Part shown: positions 1 to 13,797 of the stretch, one piece after another
How the letters are laid out: every line of letters begins with the position of its first letter
Position numbering within the stretch: position 1 is the first letter of the stretch
Assembly: GCA_032718475.1 (NCBI GenBank)
Contig: JAUCBJ010004223.1
Coordinates: forward strand, 1 to 64,000
Reading direction: 5' to 3'
Origin: Nemertoderma westbladi
Taxonomy: Eukaryota; Animalia; Xenacoelomorpha
Length of the DNA stretch: 64,000 nucleotides
Program-made: the position numbers and the translations under genes
The notes under the pieces: model-generated
What the model was told of the DNA's origin: nothing
The model's database searches: none
Seen by the model: the letters and a program-made list of their open reading frames with translations, nothing else

Positions 1-1132
1 GGCTATAAGAAGACCCTCAGCCCCTAAGAAGGACAGTTTGATTGAGTTATAGCGGCACATATACTTGACCTCCCAACCAGTAAGCTGGCTATAAGAAGAC
101 CCTCAGCCCCTAAGAAGGACAGTTTGATTGAGTTATAGCGGCACATATTATACTTGACCTCTCAACCAGTAAGCTGGCTATAAGAAGACCGTCAGCCCCT
201 AAGAAGGACAGTTTGATTGAGTTATAGCGGCACATATTATACTTGACCTCTCAACCAGTAAGCTGGCTATAAGAAGACCGTCAGCCACTAAGAAGTACAG
301 TTTGACTGAGTTATAGCGGCACATATACTTGACCTCTCAACCAGCAAGCTGGCTATAAGAAGACCCTCAGCCCCTAAGAAGGACAGTTTGATTGAGTTAT
401 AGCGGCACATATACTTGACCTCCCAACCAGTAAGCTGGCTATAAGAAGACCCTCAGCCCCTAAGAAGGACAGTTTGATTGAGTTATAGCGGCACATATTA
501 TACTTGACCTCTCAACCAGTAAGCTGGCTATAAGAAGACCGTCAGCCACTAAGAAGTACAGTTTGACTGAGTTATAGCGGCACATATACTTGACCTCTCA
601 ACCAGCAAGCTGGCTATAAGAAGACCCTCAGCCCCTAAGAAGGACAGTTTGATTGAGTTATAGCGGCACATATACTTGACCTCCCAACCAGTAAGCTGGC
701 TATAAGAAGACCCTCAGCCCCTAAGAAGGACAGTTTGATTGAGTTATAGCGGCACATATTATACTTGACCTCTCAACCAGTAAGCTGGCTATAAGAAGAC
801 CGTCAGCCACTAAGAAGTACAGTTTGACTGAGTTATAGCGGCACATATACTTGACCTCCCAACCAGTAAGCTGGCTATAAGAAGACCCTCAGCCCCTAAG
901 AAGGACAGTTTGATTGAGTTATAGCGGCACATATTATACTTGACCTCTCAACCAGTAAGCTGGCTATAAGAAGACCCTCAGCCCCTAAGAAGGACAGTTT
1001 GATTGAGTTATAGCGGCACATATACTTGACCTCCCAACCAGTGAGCTGGCTATAAGAAGACCGTCAGCCCCTAAGAAGAACAGTTTGACTGAGTTATAGC
1101 GGCACATATACTTGACCTCTCAACCAGTAAGC
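1..1132. repeat. 86/89-bp tandem repeat, ~13 copies, truncated by the window edge (Arp2 intron 6)
   Basis: Unit ggctataagaagaccctcagcccctaagaaggacagtttgattgag...ccagtaagct recurs at 1, 87, 176 and onward, with a 3-bp indel variant. Confidence 0.95.
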
Positions 1133-1685
1133 CCTAACGGTCTTCTAATTAAATGATTGTACATGTACAGTTTGGTGAACTGCATCCAACGATATCATAA
1201 TCCGAATATCGGATGACAGGGTACCGGTGAAATCAGGCTTTACCAAAAAATGTCACGCCAATATCGATGTGCACAAACATACAGATAAACAAAAGATGTT
1301 TTTTGACAGAAATAAGCCCTAAACGGTCTTCTAATAAGCCCTAATGGCATGCTTGGGCCTGGCCGCTTCATTATTAGCTTAAAAATATTCTAGAACCTAA
1401 AACTCACACTCAATTTAGAAGTGTCGCCTTTTAGAACCCGCGCCAAATAAAGTTGTTTTATTTCCCGTTCTAAACGTGACGGTAAACCGGGATACATCGT
1501 AGATCCACCTGAAATTAATCAAATCAAATATAAAATTAATATTGATTTATTATAATATATTATAATTAATATCACTAATTATACAATACCATGACAGTAG
1601 ATTAACTACTTGCTATGACGAACAACGATTAATATATTTCAAGCCAATAAAACTATTTAAATATTTTTACTTCCAGCGTTTTGAC

Positions 1686-2715
1686 CAAGGTGTACTAAAT
1701 AACAGGTCATGCAGCGAGCGGATTGCTGAAATTAGCGGAGGCCGATCGTTTCCCTATTTATGACACTATTTTCATAATATTTCCTTATAAACTTCTTTTA
1801 TGCTACTTTTGTTAGGTGGATATGATGACTATAGGGTTCATAGCAATGTAATAAAATGTCTTTCTGGAATTTTTATCTTGTAGTTGCCAAGGTAACCGGT
1901 TGCAAAGTTCAAACTTTGAGCGCCTGTACTTCAAGACGACAAGGGATTCTGTTCTGGAGATTTGGTATATGAGTAAAGGGAATAAAAGTCGATCAAAATA
2001 TTTTACATTAAAATTTTTTTGCAATCCCGTTTCCATGGTGACGGGAATTACGATAATTTCCCATTATGACCCCCAGATAGAAATTGGGCTACTATTTACT
2101 ACTTATATAATTTTCAACAAACATGCCTGGTGATTGTCCTCAATTACTAATAATTGCTAACCGAAATGTAATATTCTGGAATGTCAAAATCATGCTATAA
2201 CAGTTTATTTGCAAATATTGACTTTTATAAATATGATTCACAATTGACGAATTATAAAATAAAATGTTGGCAATTTTAACTTATTATTTAGACTGACAAA
2301 CCGAATTAAAATGGTGTTTTATAGAATTGGTAGACAATTTTTAAAATTTTTCATTCTACTTATTTCCATGGCAACGGAAATGTAAACAAATTCAAATGTA
2401 AAATATTTTGATAGACTTTTATTTCCATCAATCACCTACCAAATCTCAAAGATAGAATCCATTGTCGCCTTGAAATACAGGCGCGCAAAATTTGAACTTT
2501 GCACCCGGTTACCTTGGAAACTATAAGATAAAAATTACAGAAATACATTTTATTACATTGCTATGAAAACTAGTCATCATATCCACCTAACCAAAGTAGC
2601 ACATAGAAGTTTCTAAGAAAATATTATGAAAATAGTGTCATAAATAGGGAAACGATCGGCCTCCGCTAATTTCAGCAATCCGCTCGCTGCATGACCTGTT
2701 ATTTAGTACACCTTG
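1686..2715. mobile_element. Non-autonomous DNA transposon (MITE) with long TIRs, probably P superfamily
   Basis: Termini CAAGGTGTACTAAATAACAGG.../...CCTGTTATTTAGTACACCTTG, with inverted similarity over ~350 bp. Perfect 8-bp TSD GTTTTGAC at 1678-1685 and 2716-2723. CANRG termini with an 8-bp TSD fit P elements. Confidence 0.85.
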
Positions 2716-2816
2716 GTTTTGACCCAACAAGAGATTTTTCATACAATATGTACGAAACTTTATTTTAACTCCTTCCATAGAAAAGGCGTTAAACAATCAA
2801 CTACTAAATGTAATTC

Positions 2817-2942
2817 AATAATTAATTATTGCATGTTAAACAACGTGGAATATATTTTATACTCGAGATATTTAGTTACCGAGCGTAGCGATGTTAATAA
2901 ATAATCGAGAGCATAGAAAAAATACCGCAATAAATAATTATT
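2817..2942. mobile_element. Short palindromic MITE-like element with central CGAGCGTAGCG
   Basis: Outer inverted pair aataattaattattgc / gcaataaataattatt and inner ctcga / tcgag arms around the central motif. Confidence 0.45.
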
Positions 2943-3061
2943 GTTATATTACGTCAACTTATCTGCGTTTTGCCTGAATGTCGAATAAAATACATTTTTA
3001 GATGAGATGAATGAATATCCATTTGTGAAACTAATAATTTCAGTTCATATAATCCCACGAG

Positions 3062-6000
3062 TATGTAAGGTAAACAATCTCACAGCAACATATAACCAAG
3101 GCGTACTAAGGAACTCACCAGATAGAACTATGTAAGGTAAACAATCTCACAGCAACATATAACCAAGGCGTCCTAAGGAACTCACCAGATAGAACTATGT
3201 AAGGTAAACAATCTCACAGCAACATATAACCAAGGCGTACTAAGGAACTCACCAGATAGAACTATGTAAGGTAAACAATCTCACAGCAACATATAACCAA
3301 GGCGTCCTAAGGAACTCACCAGATAAAACTAAGTAAGGTAAACAATCTCACAGCAACATATAACCAAGGCGTCCTAAGGAACTCACCAGATAGAACTATG
3401 TAAGGTAAACAATCTCACAGCAACATATAACCAAGGCGTCCTAAGGAACTCACCAGATAGAACTATGTAAGGTAAACAATCTCACAGCAACATATAACCA
3501 AGGCGTCCTAAGGAACTCACCAGATAGAACTATGTAAGGTAAACAATCTCACAGCAACATATAACCAAGGCGTCCTAAGGAACTCACCAGATAGAACTAT
3601 GTAAGGTAAACAATCTCACAGCAACATATAACCAAGGCGTCCTAAGGAACTCACCAGATAGAACTATGTAAGGTAAACAATCTCACAGCAACATATAACC
3701 AAGGCGTCCTAAGGAACTCACCAGATAGAACTATGTAAGGTAAACAATCTCACAGCAACATATAACCAAGGCGTCCTAAGGAACTCACCAGATAGAACTA
3801 TGTAAGGTAAACAATCTCACAGCAACATATAACCAAGGCGTCCTAAGGAACTCACCAGATAGAACTATGTAAGGTAAACAATCTCACAGCAACATATAAC
3901 CAAGGCGTCCTAAGGAACTCACCAGATAGAACTATGTAAGGTAAACAATCTCACAGCAACATATAACCAAGGCGTCCTAAGGAACTCACCAGATAGAACT
4001 ATGTAAGGTAAACAATCTCACAGCAACATATAACCAAGGCGTACTAAGGAACTCACCAGATAGAACTATGTAAGGTAAACAATCTCACAGCAACATATAA
4101 CCAAGGCGTCCTAAGGAACTCACCAGATAGAACTATGTAAGGTAAACAATCTCACAGCAACATATAACCAAGGCGTCCTAAGGAACTCACCAGATAGAAC
4201 TATGTAAGGTAAACAATCTCACAGCAACATAAAACCAAGGCGTCCTAAGGAACTCACCAGATAGAACTACGTAAGGTAAACAATCTCACAGCAACATATA
4301 ACCAAGGCGTCCTAAGGAACTCACCAGATAGAACTATGTAAGGTAAACAATCTCACAGCAACATATAACCAAGGCGTCCTAAGGAACTCACCAGATAGAA
4401 CTATGTAAGGTAAACAATCTCACAGCAACATATAACCAAGGCGTCCTAAGGAACTCACCAGATAGAACTATGTAAGGTAAACAATCTCACAGCAACATAT
4501 AACCAAGGCGTCCTAAGGAACTCACCAGATAGAACTATGTAAGGTAAACAATCTCACAGCAACATAAAACCAAGGCGTCCTAAGGAACTCACCAGATAGA
4601 ACTACGTAAGGTAAACAATCTCACAGCAACATATAACCAAGGCGTCCTAAGGAACTCACCAGATAGAACTATGTAAGGTAAACAATCTCACAGCAACATA
4701 TAACCAAGGCGTCCTAAGGAACTCACCAGATAGAACTATGTAAGGTAAACAATCTCACAGCAACATAAAACCAAGGCGTCCTAAGGAACTCACCAGATAG
4801 AACTACGTAAGGTAAACAATCTCACAGCAACATATAACCAAGGCGTCCTAAGGAACTCACCAGATAGAACTATGTAAGGTAAACAATCTCACAGCAACAT
4901 ATAACCAAGGCGTCCTAAGGAACTCACCAGATAGAACTATGTAAGGTAAACAATCTCACAGCAACATATAACCAAGGCGTCCTAAGGAACTCACCAGATA
5001 GAACTATGTAAGGTAAACAATCTCACAGCAACATATAACCAAGGCGTCCTAAGGAACTCACCAGATAGAACTATGTAAGGTAAACAATCTCACAGCAACA
5101 TAAAACCAAGGCGTCCTAAGGAACTCACCAGATAGAACTACGTAAGGTAAACAATCTCACAGCAACATATAACCAAGGCGTCCTAAGGAACTCACCAGAT
5201 AGAACTATGTAAGGTAAACAATCTCACAGCAACATATAACCAAGGCGTCCTAAGGAACTCACCAGATAGAACTATGTAAGGTAAACAATCTCACAGCAAC
5301 ATATAACCAAGGCGTCCTAAGGAACTCACCAGATAGAACTACGTAAGGTAAACAATCTCACAGCAACATATAACCAAGGCGTCCTAAGGAACTCACCAGA
5401 TAGAACTATGTAAGGTAAACAATCTCACAGCAACATATAACCAAGGCGTCCTAAGGAACTCACCAGATAGAACTATGTAAGGTAAACAATCTCACAGCAA
5501 CATATAACCAAGGCGTCCTAAGGAACTCACCAGATAGAACTATGTAAGGTAAACAATCTCACAGCAACATATAACCAAGGCGTCCTAAGGAACTCACCAG
5601 ATAGAACTATGTAAGGTAAACAATCTCACAGCAACATATAACCAAGGCGTCCTAAGGAACTCACCAGATAGAACTATGTAAGGTAAACAATCTCACAGCA
5701 ACATATAACCAAGGCGTCCTAAGGAACTCACCAGATAGAACTATGTAAGGTAAACAATCTCACAGCAACATATAACCAAGGCGTCCTAAGGAACTCACCA
5801 GATAGAACTATGTAAGGTAAACAATCTCACAGCAACATATAACCAAGGCGTCCTAAGGAACTCACCAGATAGAACTATGTAAGGTAAACAATCTCACAGC
5901 AACATATAACCAAGGCGTCCTAAGGAACTCACCAGATAGAACTATGTAAGGTAAACAATCTCACAGCAACATATAACCAAGGCGTCCTAAGGAACTCACC

Positions 6001-9000
6001 AGATAGAACTATGTAAGGTAAACAATCTCACAGCAACATATAACCAAGGCGTCCTAAGGAACTCACCAGATAGAACTATGTAAGGTAAACAATCTCACAG
6101 CAACATATAACCAAGGCGTCCTAAGGAACTCACCAGATAGAACTATGTAAGGTAAACAATCTCACAGCAACATATAACCAAGGCGTCCTAAGGAACTCAC
6201 CAGATAGAACTATGTAAGGTAAACAATCTCACAGCAACATATAACCAAGGCGTCCTAAGGAACTCACCAGATAGAACTATGTAAGGTAAACAATCTCACA
6301 GCAACATATAACCAAGGCGTCCTAAGGAACTCACCAGATAGAACTATGTAAGGTAAACAATCTCACAGCAACATATAACCAAGGCGTCCTAAGGAACTCA
6401 CCAGATAGAACTATGTAAGGTAAACAATCTCACAGCAACATATAACCAAGGCGTCCTAAGGAACTCACCAGATAGAACTATGTAAGGTAAACAATCTCAC
6501 AGCAACATATAACCAAGGCGTCCTAAGGAACTCACCAGATAGAACTATGTAAGGTAAACAATCTCACAGCAACATATAACCAAGGCGTCCTAAGGAACTC
6601 ACCAGATAGAACTATGTAAGGTAAACAATCTCACAGCAACATATAACCAAGGCGTCCTAAGGAACTCACCAGATAGAACTATGTAAGGTAAACAATCTCA
6701 CAGCAACATATAACCAAGGCGTCCTAAGGAACTCACCAGATAGAACTATGTAAGGTAAACAATCTCACAGCAACATATAACCAAGGCGTCCTAAGGAACT
6801 CACCAGATAGAACTATGTAAGGTAAACAATCTCACAGCAACATATAACCAAGGCGTCCTAAGGAACTCACCAGATAGAACTATGTAAGGTAAACAATCTC
6901 ACAGCAACATATAACCAAGGCGTCCTAAGGAACTCACCAGATAGAACTATGTAAGGTAAACAATCTCACAGCAACATATAACCAAGGCGTCCTAAGGAAC
7001 TCACCAGATAGAACTATGTAAGGTAAACAATCTCACAGCAACATATAACCAAGGCGTCCTAAGGAACTCACCAGATAGAACTATGTAAGGTAAACAATCT
7101 CACAGCAACATATAACCAAGGCGTCCTAAGGAACTCACCAGATAGAACTATGTAAGGTAAACAATCTCACAGCAACATATAACCAAGGCGTCCTAAGGAA
7201 CTCACCAGATAGAACTATGTAAGGTAAACAATCTCACAGCAACATATAACCAAGGCGTCCTAAGGAACTCACCAGATAGAACTATGTAAGGTAAACAATC
7301 TCACAGCAACATATAACCAAGGCGTCCTAAGGAACTCACCAGATAGAACTATGTAAGGTAAACAATCTCACAGCAACATATAACCAAGGCGTCCTAAGGA
7401 ACTCACCAGATAGAACTATGTAAGGTAAACAATCTCACAGCAACATATAACCAAGGCGTCCTAAGGAACTCACCAGATAGAACTATGTAAGGTAAACAAT
7501 CTCACAGCAACATATAACCAAGGCGTCCTAAGGAACTCACCAGATAGAACTATGTAAGGTAAACAATCTCACAGCAACATATAACCAAGGCGTCCTAAGG
7601 AACTCACCAGATAGAACTATGTAAGGTAAACAATCTCACAGCAACATATAACCAAGGCGTCCTAAGGAACTCACCAGATAGAACTATGTAAGGTAAACAA
7701 TCTCACAGCAACATATAACCAAGGCGTCCTAAGGAACTCACCAGATAGAACTATGTAAGGTAAACAATCTCACAGCAACATATAACCAAGGCGTCCTAAG
7801 GAACTCACCAGATAGAACTATGTAAGGTAAACAATCTCACAGCAACATATAACCAAGGCGTCCTAAGGAACTCACCAGATAGAACTATGTAAGGTAAACA
7901 ATCTCACAGCAACATATAACCAAGGCGTCCTAAGGAACTCACCAGATAGAACTATGTAAGGTAAACAATCTCACAGCAACATATAACCAAGGCGTCCTAA
8001 GGAACTCACCAGATAGAACTATGTAAGGTAAACAATCTCACAGCAACATATAACCAAGGCGTCCTAAGGAACTCACCAGATAGAACTATGTAAGGTAAAC
8101 AATCTCACAGCAACATATAACCAAGGCGTCCTAAGGAACTCACCAGATAGAACTATGTAAGGTAAACAATCTCACAGCAACATATAACCAAGGCGTCCTA
8201 AGGAACTCACCAGATAGAACTATGTAAGGTAAACAATCTCACAGCAACATATAACCAAGGCGTCCTAAGGAACTCACCAGATAGAACTATGTAAGGTAAA
8301 CAATCTCACAGCAACATATAACCAAGGCGTCCTAAGGAACTCACCAGATAGAACTATGTAAGGTAAACAATCTCACAGCAACATATAACCAAGGCGTCCT
8401 AAGGAACTCACCAGATAGAACTATGTAAGGTAAACAATCTCACAGCAACATATAACCAAGGCGTCCTAAGGAACTCACCAGATAGAACTATGTAAGGTAA
8501 ACAATCTCACAGCAACATATAACCAAGGCGTCCTAAGGAACTCACCAGATAGAACTATGTAAGGTAAACAATCTCACAGCAACATATAACCAAGGCGTCC
8601 TAAGGAACTCACCAGATAGAACTATGTAAGGTAAACAATCTCACAGCAACATATAACCAAGGCGTCCTAAGGAACTCACCAGATAGAACTATGTAAGGTA
8701 AACAATCTCACAGCAACATATAACCAAGGCGTCCTAAGGAACTCACCAGATAGAACTATGTAAGGTAAACAATCTCACAGCAACATATAACCAAGGCGTC
8801 CTAAGGAACTCACCAGATAGAACTATGTAAGGTAAACAATCTCACAGCAACATATAACCAAGGCGTCCTAAGGAACTCACCAGATAGAACTATGTAAGGT
8901 AAACAATCTCACAGCAACATATAACCAAGGCGTCCTAAGGAACTCACCAGATAGAACTATGTAAGGTAAACAATCTCACAGCAACATATAACCAAGGCGT

Positions 9001-10034
9001 CCTAAGGAACTCACCAGATAGAACTACGTAAGGTAAACAATCTCACAGCAACATATAACCAAGGCGTCCTAAGGAACTCACCAGATAGAACTATGTAAGG
9101 TAAACAATCTCACAGCAACATATAACCAAGGCGTCCTAAGGAACTCACCAGATAGAACTATGTAAGGTAAACAATCTCACAGCAACATATAACCAAGGCG
9201 TCCTAAGGAACTCACCAGATAGAACTATGTAAGGTAAACAATCTCACAGCAACATATAACCAAGGCGTCCTAAGGAACTCACCAGATAAAACTAAGTAAG
9301 GTAAACAATCTCACAGCAACATATAACCAAGGCGTCCTAAGGAACTCACCAGATAGAACTATGTAAGGTAAACAATCTCACAGCAACATATAACCAAGGC
9401 GTCCTAAGGAACTCACAAGATAGAACTATGTAATGTAAACAATCTCACAGCAACATATAACCAAGGCGTCCTAAGGAACTCACCAGATAGAACTATGTAA
9501 GGTAAACAATCTCACAGCAACATATAACCAAGGCGTACTAAGGAACTCACCAGATAGAACTATGTAAGGTAAACAATCTCACAGCAACATATAACCAAGG
9601 CGTCCTAAGGAACTCACCAGATAGAACTATGTAAGGTAAACAATCTCACAGCAACATATAACCAAGGCGTCCTAAGGAACTCACCAGATAGAACTATGTA
9701 AGGTAAACAATCTCACAGCAACATATAACCAAGGCGTCCTAAGGAACTCACCAGATAGAACTATGTAAGGTAAACAATCTCACAGCAACATATAACCAAG
9801 GCGTACTAAGGAACTCACCAGATAGAACTATGTAAGGTAAACAATCTCACAGCAACATAAAACCAAGGCGTCCTAAGGAACTCACCAGATAGAACTACGT
9901 AAGGTAAACAATCTCACAGCAACATATAACCAAGGCGTCCTAAGGAACTCACCAGATAGAACTACGTAAGGTAAACAATCTCACAGCAACATATAACCAA
10001 GGCGTCCTAAGGAACTCACCAGATAGAACTATGT
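3062..10034. repeat. 67-bp satellite, ~104 copies; unit = last 15 nt of Arp2 exon 6 plus first 52 nt of intron 6
   Basis: Minus-strand unit ACATAGTTCTATCTG|gtgagttccttaggacgccttggttatatgttgctgtgagattgtttacctt. Period 67, and the terminal copy is the real exon junction. Confidence 0.97.
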
Positions 10035-10197
10035 GTTTATAGAAATCAGCTCGGATATCCATATCAGCCGACTGAATGGTTGTGAATAACAACTCTGCAA
10101 TCCCAAATCCCTCAACGTTTATTAGATGCGGCTGAAATAGCGCTTCTGGGGCTTCGAACCTCTCACCCCCAATCTTAATAACACGCCCGTCAGGAAG
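10020..10197 (-). CDS. ACTR2: Arp2 exon 6, [59 protein letters not shown](G); gene continues beyond window start
   Basis: Manual translation. Acceptor ctcttttag, 178 nt, donor GTGAGT, phase 1. The expected next exon (GSTMYPG...) was not found in 1-10019. Confidence 0.94.
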
Positions 10198-10330
10198 CTA
10201 AAAGAGATTCAATACAATAAACAATATCGAACGATATTCATTAAATACTCAATAGTTAAATACATTAGGTGAAACCAATGGTACAGACTCAGAAAGAAAG
10301 TGATCAAACGAGTTAGTCATTGGGAAGTTG

Positions 10331-10502
10331 TAATAACTATTTACATACTTGTGGTGTGTAAAGTAGCACTTTACAGTGTGATGATCCGAGTGGCTTTGTT
10401 ACACGAACGAACGTAGTGAGTGAGTGAAAATAATGCCACGAGGATCAGAACACTGTAAAGTACTTTGCAAAAAGTATGTATGTAGTTTTATTCCAAAATT
10501 TT
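10331..10502. mobile_element. Palindromic MITE-like element
   Basis: actttacagtgtgatgatccgagtggc is inverted against gccacgaggatcagaacactgtaaagt, and tacatactt against aagtatgta. Loop gaacgaacgtagtgagtgagtg. Confidence 0.55.
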
Positions 10503-10526
10503 AACATTACGAAATGATTGTATATA

Positions 10527-11411
10527 CAGGGTGTCCCAATAAATTTGATCCACTTTTAAAGTTTAATAACTCATCACAATGTACATCAATCGCAGACTTC
10601 TAGGTGTCATACGAAAGCTAATAGGTGAACTTAGAATTTGGGAGTTTTTCTGGTTGTGGTAGTTGCTACTTGCTATGGAAACTAATCAGATAAGTTTACA
10701 TTAAAACTGTATCTTGAGTGTTAGATGTGAAATTTATTCGCGGAAATAAATAAATAATAACTTGTTTCCCTGTGAATAAACAACTATTCTAGAATGCCAT
10801 TTGTAGTTACTAGAGTAGCCAATATCTCTGTAATGTTTACAGACGAACAACAAGTTTTCATTGTTAAAACCTACTACCGAAAGCAGTCTTCCATGCTTAC
10901 AGAGTTAGAATTTTCTTACCAGTTCGTACCGGTAAGTGTTGGGCGTCCTACGAGATCAAACATATCGCGTCTTGTAAGAAAATTTGAGAGTGAAAAATCT
11001 TTGTTATGCAAATCAGGTACTCAAAGGCCTTCAATTAGCCTAGATAAAGTTTCAGTTATTAAAACGGAGCAGGTGGATTGGCAGAGACGGTCCTATACGA
11101 TGGCTAACTCGTTCTGCAGGGTCCTATACGATGGGTAACTCGTTCTGCAGGGTCCTATACGATGGCTAACTCGTTCTGCAGGGTCCTATACGATGGCTAA
11201 CTCGTTCTGCAGGGTCCTATACGGTGGCTAACTCGTTCTGCAGGGTCCTATACGATGGCTAACTCGTTCTGCAGGGTCCTATACGATGGCTAACTCGTTC
11301 TGCAGGGTCCTATACGATGGCTAACTCGTTCTGCAGGGTCCTATACGATGGCTAACTCGTTCTCCCGGTTTACTATTTATGGGGCCATACGATGGCTAAC
11401 TCGTTCTCCCG
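10527..11411 (+). mobile_element. Internally deleted Tc1/mariner transposon fragment (DUF4817-like HTH N-terminus plus RWIGRxGPxxWxxRSPDL remnant)
   Basis: Left end TA|CAGGGTGTCCC. ORF 10794-11138 reads FTDEQQVFIVKTYY...PTRSNISRLVRKFE. Another frame from 11071 reads RWIGRDGPIRWLTRS. No right TIR seen. Confidence 0.75.
11089..11363. repeat. 31-bp tandem repeat, ~9 copies, derived from the mariner coding sequence
   Basis: Unit gggtcctatacgatggctaactcgttctgca. Confidence 0.92.
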
Positions 11412-13797
11412 AGAATTTCTTACTTTGCAGAGGTACGTGTTTATCGAGGATGGACCTGAGAGAAAAGTCATACATTTCCACTAACTCGTCTAAGGTGTAG
11501 TTTGGAGTACTAAACAGGTTGCTGGTACTTAAGTCATTCCAATAATCATCTACATTAATTGACTTCAGTTTTCGGTATAGAGTGCTATTTTGGGTGTTAG
11601 TTGGTTTCTTAATATTGATGTTAAATGAAACCGTGAAGTGATCTGATAAACCGATGTCACTGGTAGATACGTTTTTTAATTAGATGTTCATTTTCAGTAT
11701 GGGTGAGAACCAAGTCCAAGGTATTCCACGATCGGTGGGGGGGTCCACTAACAAACTGTTGTAGACCAAAACACTTGCACATATCTAGAAAATCGGACGC
11801 CAGTCTGTCGTCATTCTTGTTAACATGAAAGTTAAAATCTCCAATTAAAATCAGTTTCCCCGACGTGATGGATATTCGTTCTAAAAAATCAGCAAACTTA
11901 TCAATAAAGAGCCGTGCAGTTAGACCATTTCGACTGGAAGGGCATGTGCGATAAATTATGAATAGGCGCACTAATGTGCCACAACATAGTATTGTTGTCT
12001 CTATAGATACTCAAAGGACGGATAGCTAATTTTGTATTCGATGTAGTTATTGACTTTCAGGCGAGTATTTATAACACAAGCGACACCACCATCGCAACTT
12101 GCAGTTGCTGAAGGAACTCTGGGTTTATTATGCAAACGGTAATTGGAATCTTTGGGACATAAAATGCTCGCAGGTACAATATCTGCAACTGTACCAGTAA
12201 ACAAGTTTCAATTATTGCAACGACATCGAAATCCATCTCCGAAAAATAATCATAAAAGTAGGAAGCCTTGTTATTTATGGATTGTGCATTAATTATACAG
12301 ATACTTATTGAAGCCATTCTTATCCAAACATGACAAAATAGGAGCGGATAAATGTTGAGCTGATCCAGATTCTGAAACTTCAGGAGGAACTGGAATCTGA
12401 ACTGAAATGGAACTGAAATCTAGTCAGTCCATACATTCAGTATTGTCGTCGCGAGGTTCTATGCGTCGGAAAACTCGAGATCGTACCTCGCCGGATGTAG
12501 TTCGAGAATCCAGAAACTCATCTTCCTGGATCTGTGCATCTTTGCTACTAGTACTAGTGTCTTTGTGCGCATTTGAGGAGTCCACCACCAGCGCTCGTTC
12601 AACCACTTCGTTACGACTTATTACCCACTTTTTGCGAGGTTCTTTGGAACGCTTCTTTTTCAGAGCCATTCTAAGCTCCTACTGTTCGTGGGCCTGTGCG
12701 CGAGTATAGTCAGGATTTATGTATACTGCCATAAATTTCACTGAGAACTGTAGATTCTTGGCAGCTTTTAAGAGTTCGAGCCGCTTATCTGGATTTAGAG
12801 TTACTACTATTTTCTGTCCAGGGTTACTCGAACGAGATTCAGGAACCGTTGGACCTATTCTTTTAACACCTACAATCCCTTCAGATAAATTAACACCAAC
12901 TTCTGCAGCAATGTCAACTACAGTCGCTTTATCATTAGTTGTGTCTGGTACGAAACTCCTGGAAATTACCAGGTTATCTATCCTCTCAGATTGAAGGCGA
13001 GTTTCTTTCTGTACTTCCCATGTAATTGCTGCTACTACCGGTACAGGAATATTCCAGGATGTGTTCCTCTCTCCTCAAACGATTCGCCCTCACTTAACCA
13101 CCGAGGACCACGAAGAACCAACTTCCTGAGCCTCGGCGGGTGAATCATCCTCTGAAGATAGGGCAGTTATCGATTCTTTAATAGTCACAACTTCATCAAC
13201 TATATTCTTAGCATCTTCTTTAACTTCATTGATTAAATCATGGAAGTCTGAGCGAACTGATTTAAGGGATGTGGTAACAGACCAACAATCGATTCTTTGT
13301 TGTGTTGTTGCGAGAGCGAGATTTTGTCAATTTCAGCTTGTAGACGAGACTCAACGTCCGATATTTCATCCGCCAACCTCGATATATGTCTGGCGGAACA
13401 CTGTCCACAATAAAACTCTACTTCAGTGAAGTCAATGGACGATTTAGCAATACAGATAATGGCGGTATTGTATTTCTTACCAGAGCAGCTAACCTTGATT
13501 TCTTCGGAGCTAGAATTGGCCACTTGTTGTGCTGCCACTTTCGCCTGCTTCGTCATCGAGTTCTTAGTCACCGGATCTCTTTTAGACCCGAGGCTTGTAA
13601 GCGTTCTGTTCACGCTATCTTTACTAAACTTTTCAAACTTATTGTTAATTGAACAAAAACCCAATTCGTTAATTAAAAGCTACGCAGCAAAGTATTCCAC
13701 CAAGCAACAGTACGATCGGTATATGGTACGTTACCAGTACGTGTGCTTCCGCCACCATATAGCACTAGACGTTGTATGCAATCAGTACTTATACTTA
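11412..13797 (-). mobile_element. Degenerate CR1/L2-group LINE: ORF1 remnants and AP-endonuclease domain, RT portion missing
   Basis: APE motifs split by frameshifts: ICIINAQSINNK...VAIIET (12069-12317), LILIGDFNFH and NTLDLVLT (11657-11971), then SDH. Upstream ORF1-like pieces include a Cys-containing segment (FYCGQC) and a coiled-coil-like stretch. Confidence 0.8.

Noticed and set aside
1133-3061. Location of Arp2 exon 7
   Set aside because: No [12 protein letters not shown]-like coding sequence was found on the minus strand by eye.
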